From Pseudomonadota bacterium (GTDB lineage Bacteria; Bdellovibrionota_B; Oligoflexia; Oligoflexales; CAIYRB01): a stretch of DNA of 64,000 bases. The notes under the pieces are model-generated. The model was not told where the DNA came from, searched no databases, and was given only the letters and a program-made list of their open reading frames with translations. The stretch covers positions 4,175-68,174 of the forward strand of contig JAPLFX010000121.1 in the NCBI GenBank assembly GCA_026390445.1, read 5' to 3'. A program made the translations under genes and the position numbers. Below, piece by piece: positions 17,165 to 26,571 of this stretch. Numbering within the stretch: position 1 is the stretch's first letter; every line of letters starts with the position of its first letter.

Positions 17165-17202
17165 TTAGGAAAGCCCTGTTCTATCCGTTGAACTACGCAA
17201 CC
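17165..17202 (-). pseudogene. 5' fragment of split host tRNA-Arg(CCU), with junction core (attL-like)
   Basis: The minus strand reads GGTTGCG-TA-GTTC-AACGGATA-GAAC-A-GGGCT-TTCCTAA (38 nt), after which the sequence cannot complete the acceptor stem. Confidence 0.8.
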
Positions 17203-17464
17203 AAGGGGCCTCACAGTACATCTCCAACGCTCCGAGCGGCAACAGGTTTTTCTGCTTCATGAGGTGCAGAGCCTGGAACAATTCCAACGCCAATGTCCCC
17301 ATGCAACACAGCGGCTAAATGTCTGCTATGTCGCCGGCCATATCTATTACCCAACTGTTATTACTTAGCTTTCCCACCACCATAAAAATAAATCCAGGCC
17401 CCCCCTTATCTTTTATACCGCAACAGCCGAATTACACAGGAGGCGGAGCCGGCACTATGCGGCG

Positions 17465-19807
17465 TTGCTCTGGCAAGGTGCCAAAGCCATGGTGGGCGAT
17501 GGGGTAAGCTCGGTGGGCGATATTGATCTGCGCAAACGATTATTGAGGATTAGCTGGGGCTTCATTGTCGCCGTGGCCATCATCCTCATCAACTTCGCGC
17601 TGCCGTCGCCACCGACCACGCCGTATCAAATCGAGGCCCTGTCCGAAGGCTTTGAGCATTTGACCCTGGCCGAGGCACAATCTAAGCCCAAGACCGCGTG
17701 GCAGAGCGTCGATCCACGTCAGCTATCCTTTCCTGCCGATGCCGGCCGCGAGGTCTGGCTGCATGCGAAGGTGCCGGCAAACCAAAGCGGCGAGAAATGG
17801 GTGGCGGAGGTGTCGACGCCGTATATCCGCCAACTCGACTTTTATCTAACAGAAAACGATCAGACCATTCAGTCCGCCTTCCTTGGCATGGACCGACCGC
17901 TCGCGAACCGCCAGTATAATGTCGTGTACCATGCGTTTGGCTTTACACCGTCAAGCAGCCAAGAGCAGCATCTCTATATCCGTGCCTACTCCGAAGTGAA
18001 CGTCTACCTGCCACTAAAAATTATCACCGAAACAGCATTCCATACCGATTCGATCGAGCGAAATACGATACTCGGGATGCTAATCGGCGTGTTTTTTGGC
18101 CTAGTCTTATACAATCTGTTTATCTGTGTGTCGCTGCGCGACCGCGTCTATGCCTACTACTGCCTGTACGAAATCGGCATCCTATTTCTCAGCACAACGG
18201 CTAATGGCCAGATCCAAATGATCTTTCCTCAGGCAGCGTCGGCGTTCGCCATGGACCTTCGTTTCATGGCCTTAAGTCTCGCCGGAGTCGGCATCGCCTT
18301 CGCCTTGTTCATCCAAGAATTCGCCGCGCTTAAGCACAACGATGCGCAAGCCAACCGGCTCGTGCTACCGTTTATCGGCCTACTGTTGATCATGACGATT
18401 CCCATCATGATCATGCCGCTGCATATCATGGTCAATGCTGTGATCATTTCAATCAGCCTAGGGGTCGCCCTACTGCTGCTGGGAACATCGCTGCGCGCCA
18501 AGACTCGCCGTGAATTCTACTTGTTCCTGTCCTTCGTTGGACTCGCGACCTGCTGTGGCTTGACCTTAGCGACCGATAACCACTTGATCCACGCCTCGAT
18601 GCTCTCCCAAGATATGCTGAGCATCGGTTGCATCTGGCAGGCCCTGTTTCTGTCGATCGCCTTGGCCGAACGTATCTCGGTCATGGAAGACGAGCGCAAA
18701 GTGATTATCCGCACCCTCAAAGGTGATGGTCCCGCCAGCGAGTTAAACAATATCCTCGGCAAGACCTTCAGTCGAACGCATTCGCTAACGGAGATGAACG
18801 TCTCCATAATGTTTATCGACATCGTCGGCTTTTCTCAGCTGTCGGACATCCTCGGCTCGCGCAAAACATTTGACCATTTAGCCCGCCTCATGCAAGACGT
18901 CACATCCATCGTCAAGGAATGCCACGGTAACGTCGACCGCTCCTTGGGCGACGGCGTCCTGTGTATCTTTGGGTACGAGTCCAGTGGCTTAAGATTGCAG
19001 CACCACGCCCAAGACGCCTTCAAGGCCGCTCGCCGGATCCAGGAAGACATCGTCAGCCGCTACCAAAACGGCGCGTTAAGCGGTGAGTACGTGCTACCCG
19101 TGCGCATCGGCATCCACGTTGCGAATGTGTTGATTGGCGATCTCGGCGGCAAGAGTCGCATCGATTTCACCATGGTCGGCAGCGGCGTCAACTTCGCCAG
19201 CCGCTTGGAGACTGCGTGTAGTCCGTTTAAGATCATGCTCAGCGAGGAATGCTTAAACCGCCTCCCACGCAATGCCGTTAAAGAGCCCGGGCTCGCCGAG
19301 ATCTTGGTCGCAGTCAAACACGAGAAGACCCTGATGAAAGCCTATGAATTCGACCCCTTTTATAGCGACCCTGAGCGTCTGCAAGCGGTCGAAAAATTGC
19401 ACATGGATCAACTTGCGCGCAAGACCGAGGATTCACGCCACGTCATCATCAGCGGCCAACCGGTGCACCTCTGCAGCGACCTAGCCGTGTTCAATCTCCT
19501 CGACTTTTCCAACCACGGCTTTCGCGTCATGAGCGAGGTTTATATCGGCCGGCATGCCACCATGGAACTGACCCTGCTCACCTTCGACGCCGCCACCAAC
19601 CAAGCCCTGGAAGATCTGCTGCTGAACAAGTTCTTCGTTGAGGTGCGCTGGAGTCGCAAGGCCAAAACCGGCGGTTACGAGCACGGCCTGCGCATCTCAG
19701 GGCTCAACGATGTGCAGCGGGAAAAGCTGTTTAACCTCGTCGCCAAGCTCTACGCTCCGACGGACACGGCGCTTGACGGCACGCCCGACGTTCCCCTAGC
19801 CGGCTAA
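17465..19807 (+). CDS. 7TMR-DISM-type membrane receptor fused to a class III adenylate/guanylate cyclase and a C-terminal PilZ-like domain
   Basis: N-terminal periplasmic region followed by about 7 hydrophobic helices. Cyclase motifs MFIDIVGFS, GDGVLCIFG, RIGIHVANVLIGDLGG and MVGSGVNFASRLE. C-terminal DFSNHG (DxSxxG). An alternative ATG start lies at 17489. Confidence 0.75.
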   Translation: MLWQGAKAMVGDGVSSVGDIDLRKRLLRISWGFIVAVAIILINFALPSPPTTPYQIEALSEGFEHLTLAEAQSKPKTAWQSVDPRQLSFPADAGREVWLHAKVPANQSGEKWVAEVSTPYIRQLDFYLTENDQTIQSAFLGMDRPLANRQYNVVYHAFGFTPSSSQEQHLYIRAYSEVNVYLPLKIITETAFHTDSIERNTILGMLIGVFFGLVLYNLFICVSLRDRVYAYYCLYEIGILFLSTTANGQIQMIFPQAASAFAMDLRFMALSLAGVGIAFALFIQEFAALKHNDAQANRLVLPFIGLLLIMTIPIMIMPLHIMVNAVIISISLGVALLLLGTSLRAKTRREFYLFLSFVGLATCCGLTLATDNHLIHASMLSQDMLSIGCIWQALFLSIALAERISVMEDERKVIIRTLKGDGPASELNNILGKTFSRTHSLTEMNVSIMFIDIVGFSQLSDILGSRKTFDHLARLMQDVTSIVKECHGNVDRSLGDGVLCIFGYESSGLRLQHHAQDAFKAARRIQEDIVSRYQNGALSGEYVLPVRIGIHVANVLIGDLGGKSRIDFTMVGSGVNFASRLETACSPFKIMLSEECLNRLPRNAVKEPGLAEILVAVKHEKTLMKAYEFDPFYSDPERLQAVEKLHMDQLARKTEDSRHVIISGQPVHLCSDLAVFNLLDFSNHGFRVMSEVYIGRHATMELTLLTFDAATNQALEDLLLNKFFVEVRWSRKAKTGGYEHGLRISGLNDVQREKLFNLVAKLYAPTDTALDGTPDVPLAG

Positions 19808-19878
19808 ACCGCAGCCGGCACGGCGAACTCCGGTTAGTCCTTGGCGCGGCAGTTCGTTCAAGTTAAAGACTGAGCCCT

Positions 19879-21108
19879 ATGCTGCAGCCTCCGCCAAAAC
19901 AAGCTCCCTTTATCGCCCTAGCCCCTATGGAAGGTGTCTCTAACCTGCCGATGCGCCTGTGGTGGCACCTCGCATCGGCGCCGAGCGCTCTGGCCACGCC
20001 GTTTCTGCGCGTCACGGCCACCTTTCCCGGCAGCGCCTTACCGCGCAGCTTCTGCCCCGAGCTCACCGAACTGCGCAGCTACCTGCCGTACCCGCTGGTG
20101 CCCCAGCTGATGGCCGCAGACAGCGCTGATTTCGTCAGGGCCGCCCCCTTGATTCTGACCGTCTCGCCTTTTGTCGAACTCAATGCCGGCTGCCCATCAC
20201 CCACCTGCGTCGGCAAGGGCGCTGGCAGTAGCTTGCTGCGCCAAGGCGATGAATTCCACAGTTTTGTCGGTGAGCTGCAGCAAGGCCTCGGGGCAAAGTC
20301 GGTCGCCGTGAAGATGCGTACCGGATTTCAGAGCCCCGAGGAGTTCAGTCACCTAATCAGCGGCTTAAGCGACTATGCGCTGGCCCGCCTGACCGTGCAC
20401 GGACGGACCAGGCCGCAACGCTACTCGGGGCAAGCCCGCTGGGATTTGATCGCCGCAGCGAGCACGTCCCTGGCCACCGCAGTGGTGGCGTCGGGCGATG
20501 TCGTGGGTCAAGCGAGCTTGGATCAACGCTTAACCACTGCACCGCAGGTCGCGGGCGTGCTGGTCGGGCGCGGCGCCTTGCGCAATCCCTGGATCTTTCA
20601 AGAGCTGCGCACGGGTGCACCGGTGCGTTTGAGTTTCACCGCACTGCGCTATGCTCTGATCAGCCACGCCCTGCTGCATGAACTCTACCAAGACGACATG
20701 GACCGCCTGTTTGAGCTGTGCAAGTCTGGGCTCTTTAGCCGCAGCTGCAGCACCGACGAGGAGGCCTGGCGGCAGCTGCAAGCGACCTTGGCCAAGGCCG
20801 TCTACGGTGCAGATCACCCGGGCTTTGCCGAGGGAGCCCAGCAGGACCACCTTTGGCCCCTGGCGCGCCAATCCATGGGCCGCCTGAAAATGCTTTGGAA
20901 CTACCTGCGTTCGAGCCTCCCACCGGTCTTCTTTGCGCCCACCTTGCTGCGTTCCAACAGCCTGGAGGCGTTTTTAGATCACCTCGGGCGCTTGTACGCC
21001 GAGCACCGCAACCAGGGTGGACTTGCCGAGCTAGAGTTAGCCCATCAAGCGACGTGGGACTGGCTCTACAGTGGCGAAAAGCAACAGCAGGCCGCCGTGT
21101 GCCTGTAA
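19879..21108 (+). CDS. tRNA-dihydrouridine synthase family protein
   Basis: LAPMEGVSNLPMR and ELNAGCP motifs typical of Dus enzymes. Has a C-terminal extension. Confidence 0.65.
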   Translation: MLQPPPKQAPFIALAPMEGVSNLPMRLWWHLASAPSALATPFLRVTATFPGSALPRSFCPELTELRSYLPYPLVPQLMAADSADFVRAAPLILTVSPFVELNAGCPSPTCVGKGAGSSLLRQGDEFHSFVGELQQGLGAKSVAVKMRTGFQSPEEFSHLISGLSDYALARLTVHGRTRPQRYSGQARWDLIAAASTSLATAVVASGDVVGQASLDQRLTTAPQVAGVLVGRGALRNPWIFQELRTGAPVRLSFTALRYALISHALLHELYQDDMDRLFELCKSGLFSRSCSTDEEAWRQLQATLAKAVYGADHPGFAEGAQQDHLWPLARQSMGRLKMLWNYLRSSLPPVFFAPTLLRSNSLEAFLDHLGRLYAEHRNQGGLAELELAHQATWDWLYSGEKQQQAAVCL

Positions 21109-21182
21109 GAGACCCACAGAAAAACAGTGGCATAGTCACGCCGCCTCCCTGTATACAAGACAGATTCTAGGAGATTGGAGCC

Positions 21183-22109
21183 ATGCCCACTAGCGTCACC
21201 CTACGCCACGGCCGCAGCGAAGCGACCCTCCTGCCATCGCGAGGCGGGCTGCTGTCCCAACTGACTTTGCATGCCTCGGCGGGCGGCGACGAGCCCGTTC
21301 CGCTGCTTTGGATGCCCGACACCTTTAGTCCCACTGAGAGCGGCTGGCCAGGAGGCGGGATGCCCCTGTTGTTCCCCCTCGCCGGAAGGCAGTTTCATGG
21401 CGATCGCTCGCTGCATTATGCCCTGGGGGAACGCACCTATCATATGCCGCTGCATGGCTTTGCCTACGCGCTGCCGTGGGCTCTTACCGGGCAACAAGAG
21501 CACCTGGCAGAACTGACCTTGCGCAGTGGCCCGGCGACGTACCAATTGTTCCCCTTCGACTTTACCGTGGTCGCCCGTTACACCCTGGCCGCCGCGACGC
21601 TGACCTTGGACCTTTGGATCACCAACGACGGTGGCCGCGACGAAGCTGCGGCGCCGATGCCGCTGGCGATGGGCGCCCACCCTTACTTTCATGCACCGCT
21701 CGGAGCCAACAGCAGCCTAGCGCAATGCCACCTGGAAACCAGTGCCACCAGCAAAACCAGGGTCACACCCGTAGGTACAGCTGGTAAATCGGCACCCTAT
21801 CCCGAGTCCGCCGAGGAGGCCAAAGGGACCCTGACGTCCCCGCTGCTGCGCAACCTGATTTTGGGCGAGCACGCTGCCGGTAAGGCGAGCCTGGTCGATG
21901 ATGGCTGCGGCCGCAAGGTGCAGCTCAGTTGGTCCGATGGATTTCGCTACCTGGTGCTGTGGAGCTTGGAGGGTAAGGGCTTCCACTGTATCGAGCCGTG
22001 GATGGGCCTACCGGACGCGCTGCATCATGGCGACGGTCTGCGTTGGCTGCGCCGTGGTGAGTGCTACTCTCTAAGTATGCAACTTGCGCTAGAGCATCGG
22101 ACGACATGA
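21183..22109 (+). CDS. aldose 1-epimerase family protein
   Basis: Mutarotase-like pattern (HGFAY..PW ... GAHPYFH ... EPWMG). Confidence 0.55.
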   Translation: MPTSVTLRHGRSEATLLPSRGGLLSQLTLHASAGGDEPVPLLWMPDTFSPTESGWPGGGMPLLFPLAGRQFHGDRSLHYALGERTYHMPLHGFAYALPWALTGQQEHLAELTLRSGPATYQLFPFDFTVVARYTLAAATLTLDLWITNDGGRDEAAAPMPLAMGAHPYFHAPLGANSSLAQCHLETSATSKTRVTPVGTAGKSAPYPESAEEAKGTLTSPLLRNLILGEHAAGKASLVDDGCGRKVQLSWSDGFRYLVLWSLEGKGFHCIEPWMGLPDALHHGDGLRWLRRGECYSLSMQLALEHRTT

Positions 22110-23578
22110 CGACGATCGTTTGGTTGCGCCGCGACCTGCGCCTTCGCGATCAGCCGGCGCTTCAGGCTGCGGTGCAACGAGGTGAGCCGATCGTCCCGTT
22201 GTTTATCGATAGCAGTGCGGAAGAAGGTAGCTCAGCCCGCGGCGGTGCCAGCCGTTGGTGGCTCCATGCATCGCTTGAGTCGCTGGACTCGCAGCTACGC
22301 CGGCTCGGCTCGCGTCTCATCCTGCGCCAAGGCCCGGCCCTCGCCACCCTGCTCCAGCTGATCACCGAGGTGAACGCTAGCGCCGTAGTTTGGAACCGCT
22401 GCTACGAACCGACGCTGATCAAACGCGACCAAAGCATTAAGGCCGCGGTCAAGGCCGCCGGGTGCGAGGCCAGCAGCTACAATGGCGCCCTGCTGCGGGA
22501 ACCCTGGGAGGTGCGCAATGGCTCGGGCAACCCATACCGCGTGTTTACTCCCTACTGGCGCGCGTGCCTGGCGCAGGGTGAGGTCGCCAAGCCGCTTGGG
22601 GCGCCCAGCAAGCTCAGTGCCCCAGCGTCTTGGCCCAAGTCGCTGGCTCTGGAGCAGCTCGGGCTAAAGCCGCTCATCCCATGGGACCAAGGCTTAGCCG
22701 CGCGTTGGTCGCCCGGTGAGCCAGGGGCGCACAAGTTACTGACGCGATTCACCACGCAGCGCGTCGCTGGGTACATCCAGGAGCGCGACTTTCCAGCGCT
22801 GGACGCGACCTCGTCGCTGAGCCCGCACCTGGCATTTGGCGAAGTCAGTCCGCGCCAGATCTGGCACGCCTTTACCGCACCGAAAGCGGCGCTGAAGCCG
22901 GGCGCCAGCGGCGGTGGGGCGGCCGCTTTTTTGCGCCAAATCGGTTGGCGCGAGTTTGCCTATCATCTGCTGTTTCACTACCCGCAAACGGTGCAGGAAC
23001 CTCTGCGCCCAGAGTTTAGCGCCTTTCCCTGGGAGCCTCAGCCCGGTGCACTGCGGCGCTGGCAGCGCGGCCAAACCGGCTATCCGATCATTGACGCCGG
23101 GATACGCGAACTATGGACCACGGGCACGATGCACAATCGGGTGCGTATGTTAGTCGGTTCATTCCTCGTCAAGGACCTCTTAATTCCCTGGCAAGAAGGT
23201 GCGGCATGGTTTTGGGATACCTTGGTCGACGCCGATCTCGCCAACAACACGCTGGGCTGGCAGTGGGTCGCAGGCTGCGGCGCCGATGCGGCGCCCTATT
23301 TTCGCATCTTTAATCCGGTCACGCAGGGCGAGAAGTTCGATGCCACCGGGGCCTATGTCCGCAGGTGGGTGCCAGAACTCGCCCGCCTGCCGAACAAGTG
23401 GATCCAGCAACCCTTTGCGGCACCGGATGCGGTGCTGCAACAGGCTGGTGTCGTACTGGGAAGCACCTATCCGCGCGCCATCGTCGATCACAGCGTTGCC
23501 AGGGACAAGGCCCTGCTGGCCTATCACCGCATGCCGAAGAGTAAAGACAAGGATAGCGACACGGGCCTAGCGACCTAA
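22106..23578 (+). CDS. phrB: deoxyribodipyrimidine photolyase
   Basis: MTTIVWLRRDLRLRDQPAL N-terminus, WREFAYHLL, TGYPIIDAGIRELWTTGTMHNRVRM and GWQWVAG. The ATG at 22106 overlaps the upstream TGA. Confidence 0.85.
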   Translation: MTTIVWLRRDLRLRDQPALQAAVQRGEPIVPLFIDSSAEEGSSARGGASRWWLHASLESLDSQLRRLGSRLILRQGPALATLLQLITEVNASAVVWNRCYEPTLIKRDQSIKAAVKAAGCEASSYNGALLREPWEVRNGSGNPYRVFTPYWRACLAQGEVAKPLGAPSKLSAPASWPKSLALEQLGLKPLIPWDQGLAARWSPGEPGAHKLLTRFTTQRVAGYIQERDFPALDATSSLSPHLAFGEVSPRQIWHAFTAPKAALKPGASGGGAAAFLRQIGWREFAYHLLFHYPQTVQEPLRPEFSAFPWEPQPGALRRWQRGQTGYPIIDAGIRELWTTGTMHNRVRMLVGSFLVKDLLIPWQEGAAWFWDTLVDADLANNTLGWQWVAGCGADAAPYFRIFNPVTQGEKFDATGAYVRRWVPELARLPNKWIQQPFAAPDAVLQQAGVVLGSTYPRAIVDHSVARDKALLAYHRMPKSKDKDSDTGLAT

Positions 23579-23586
23579 ACTCGCAA

Positions 23587-24249
23587 TTAGTCTTCGAGGC
23601 CTTTCCAGTTCAACTCGTCCTTGTCGATACCTTGTAGCTCACGCGCCTTCTTGTCGGCGTCGCTCTCGATGGCCTTATTGCGATGGGCCGCTTTTTCCTC
23701 TTCTTCGCGGGCATTCAGCCGAGCCTCTTCGCGGGCCTTAGCCTCCTGCTGCGCCTTCTCGCTTTCGGCTTTCGCCTCGGCTTCTTTATACGCCTTGAGC
23801 TCACGCTCGATGCGCGCATCTTCGGATTCGACCGCACCTTCTTTAGCGTACTGCGTGGCACGCTTATCGATGTCCTGAAAATCATCAAAGCCGTCGCCTA
23901 AGGCCGGAATCGGATCGATCGGGGCGTTCGAGCTAAAGTCGAGTTCATCGGCGCCTTTGCCCTTTTCCTGACCGGCCGTCTCGGTGATTTCTGCGTCAGG
24001 CGCAGCCTTAGACTTGGCCTGGTTGGCGACGTCCGCTGGCTTGGCGGAGTCATTGCCCTCTGTTTTCTCTTTGACCTCTGTCTTCTCTTTGCTGTCCTTG
24101 CCCTCGGTCTTAGCAGGCGTGCTGATCACCGGTTTTGCGTCGACAGCAAAGCCATCATGAGCGGCACAGGACGAGCTGACAACGAGCGTGAGGCCAAACA
24201 ACCAACGACGATAAAGACCGCGATCATAAGGCGCTAGAGGTACCAGCAT
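23587..24249 (-). CDS. hypothetical secreted Lys/Glu-rich protein
   Basis: Start set at MLVPLAPY, ahead of the hydrophobic segment WLFGLTLVVSSSCAA. The C-terminal half is a highly charged KE-rich low-complexity region. Confidence 0.45.
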   Translation of the reverse strand: MLVPLAPYDRGLYRRWLFGLTLVVSSSCAAHDGFAVDAKPVISTPAKTEGKDSKEKTEVKEKTEGNDSAKPADVANQAKSKAAPDAEITETAGQEKGKGADELDFSSNAPIDPIPALGDGFDDFQDIDKRATQYAKEGAVESEDARIERELKAYKEAEAKAESEKAQQEAKAREEARLNAREEEEKAAHRNKAIESDADKKARELQGIDKDELNWKGLED

Positions 24250-24488
24250 GGAAGAGTCTCCTAGAGAGAGGGAAGTGCAGCAAGCAGCGCTATGGATGGC
24301 CCTCGCCCAAACATGAGGCCGAAGATCCAAACTTAGGCTCTGCAAATTGACGACCAGTGGTGTCTAGCTAAGATGATAGCCGAAACCGTCTAGGAAGATC
24401 TACCTTACCGTGTTTAGTCTTTTGACAGATGTCGAAGACTTGGCCCCAATCGAGTGATTCAGCTCACACCGCAGTCGCTGCCAAAGCC

Positions 24489-26039
24489 TCAGCGCGAGGC
24501 GAGAAAATCCGCCAAAAGCTGGACGCACTGGCCATTGCCACCGGCTTCGACGCAGCCCCCGGTGTTGCCCTCGCTCCATGCCATCATGTCGACATGCGCC
24601 CACGGCACGTCGCGCACGAACTTCTGTAGAAACAGCGCGGCCGTGATGGCACCACCGCGGCCACCGGGAGCCGAATTGGCAAAGTCGGCAAAGCTCGACT
24701 TCATGCCTATGAAATAATCCGCATACAGCGGCATCCGCCAGGTTGGTTCGGCGCTGCGCTGGCCAGAAAGCAGTAGCGCTTGTGCCAGGTCATCGTCGTT
24801 GGCAAACATCCCAGCGATGCGTAGGCCCAAGGCGACGCGCATTGCTCCAGTCAACGTCGCCAGGTTGATCACTGCGGCCGGAGCATCGGCACCGGTCTTG
24901 CCAACCGCCACGTCCAACGCATCGGCGAGAACCAACCTACCTTCGGCATCGGTGTTGTCGATCTCGATGGTTAAACCGTTGCGCGCTGTCAACACATCGC
25001 CGGGGCGGAAAGCGTGCTGATCCACGGCATTTTCGGCCAAGGCCAAATAGATATCGCAGGGGTGGGCCGCATCGCTAGCCGCCAGCCAATACGCCAGGCC
25101 GACCAACGATGCCGATCCGCCCATGTCCTTTTTCATCAGCCGCATGCCACCGGCATCTTTAAGGTCGAGGCCACCGCTATCAAAGGTGATGCCCTTACCG
25201 ACAAAGGCCAGCGGCTTGACGCCCTTGGCCAGCTTTTTAGGACGGTATTTTAGATGCACCAGGGCCGGTCCTGCGGCGGCGGCTTGACCGACTCCTAAAA
25301 GCAGACCCATCCGCTCTTGGACCAATTTGCGGCCCCGCCACACGTCCACCGACATCGCCGGAAAGGCGGCGAAAAGCTCCTGCAAACCGTTGGCGTAAGT
25401 GGTCGGATTCAGTTCATTGGGCGGCAGATTGACCAAATGCCGCGCCACATTGGTCGCGACTCCAAGCACGTGCGCCGCGTCGAGCACGCCGCTCGGCACG
25501 CCGTGCAGGACCAAGCGCGGCAGCTCCAAGACCGGTTTGGCCGAGCGCAACTGCTTGAAGCGGTAAGCGCCTAGCTCTAGCCCAACCAAGGCACCACGCT
25601 GCTCGGCCTCGCTGGCACCATGAAAATGCCAATTCACCTCGGCGAGACCAGAGTCCGCCAGAGCCGCCACGACCTGCGCCGCAAGGTCGCGAGCGACCCC
25701 ATAAGGGCTGACACGAAACAGTCCATCATGCGCCGCAGCCGAGGATTTGGCCTGTGCCGTCAGCAACCACAGCGGCCCCGCCTCGGTGGCTGCATACAGG
25801 ATCTCGCCGCGCTTGGCAGCAGCCCGCTCGATCAGCCAGGGTGGCAAGCTCAGGTCCAGTGCGGCAAGTGCTGCCTCCACCGTTTGCCCCTGACCGAGAA
25901 AGACGACATGCGCCTTGGTCTTGCTGGTGGCCTTGGCACGCGGCAGGCCGCTGAGCAGCCAGCCGCGCAAGCTGAGGCCAAAAGCGCTAGCAGCAGCAGT
26001 GGGGGGGTGAGACTTCGCACGAGATTGTTTAGCGGCCAA
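24489..26039 (-). CDS. pepA: leucyl aminopeptidase (M17)
   Basis: VGKGITFDSGG and NTDAEGRLVLADAL signatures. Confidence 0.85.
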   Translation of the reverse strand: MAAKQSRAKSHPPTAAASAFGLSLRGWLLSGLPRAKATSKTKAHVVFLGQGQTVEAALAALDLSLPPWLIERAAAKRGEILYAATEAGPLWLLTAQAKSSAAAHDGLFRVSPYGVARDLAAQVVAALADSGLAEVNWHFHGASEAEQRGALVGLELGAYRFKQLRSAKPVLELPRLVLHGVPSGVLDAAHVLGVATNVARHLVNLPPNELNPTTYANGLQELFAAFPAMSVDVWRGRKLVQERMGLLLGVGQAAAAGPALVHLKYRPKKLAKGVKPLAFVGKGITFDSGGLDLKDAGGMRLMKKDMGGSASLVGLAYWLAASDAAHPCDIYLALAENAVDQHAFRPGDVLTARNGLTIEIDNTDAEGRLVLADALDVAVGKTGADAPAAVINLATLTGAMRVALGLRIAGMFANDDDLAQALLLSGQRSAEPTWRMPLYADYFIGMKSSFADFANSAPGGRGGAITAALFLQKFVRDVPWAHVDMMAWSEGNTGGCVEAGGNGQCVQLLADFLASR

Positions 26040-26289
26040 GGCGCTGGCTCCTCATCATGACAGGAAAAAAACCCACTCATAACCCACTGACTGGTCCGTC
26101 TTAAGGATCCGTCGTCCTGATCGAACTTAAACGTCCATCCGATGCTTGAGCGTAGCCGCAGCTGTAGTGAAAAAACAAGGTCCTTTCACATCCCTGCCGC
26201 TTGACGTGTCCAGTCGCTCAAGGTACGACCATAGGGCAAAAATCATCGTCATGGCATCTGACCATGATGCGCCTTCAAGGACTGCTCGA

Positions 26290-26571
26290 ATGCCTAAAGT
26301 CACGATCACCACTGACAACAAAACCATCGAAGTTCCAGTTGGTTACGCCATGATCGACATGTGCGAAGACCACGACACATCGATTCTTTTTGGCTGCCGA
26401 GATGGTGCGTGCGGTGCATGCATGGTCCGCGTCCTCGAAGGTGCCAACAATCTGAGCCCGATGAAGGACGATGAGCGCGACTTTCTCGAAACGATGGCCG
26501 CCGAAGCAAATGAACGCCTGGCCTGCCAATGCAAGGTCTTAGGCGATGTTAAGCTCGAAGTCTCGGAGTAA
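26290..26571 (+). CDS. 2Fe-2S ferredoxin
   Basis: 93 aa from MPKVTITT. Cys pattern CRDGACGAC ... C.C typical of plant/adrenodoxin-type [2Fe-2S] ferredoxins. AAGGA lies upstream of the ATG at 26290. Confidence 0.65.
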   Translation: MPKVTITTDNKTIEVPVGYAMIDMCEDHDTSILFGCRDGACGACMVRVLEGANNLSPMKDDERDFLETMAAEANERLACQCKVLGDVKLEVSE

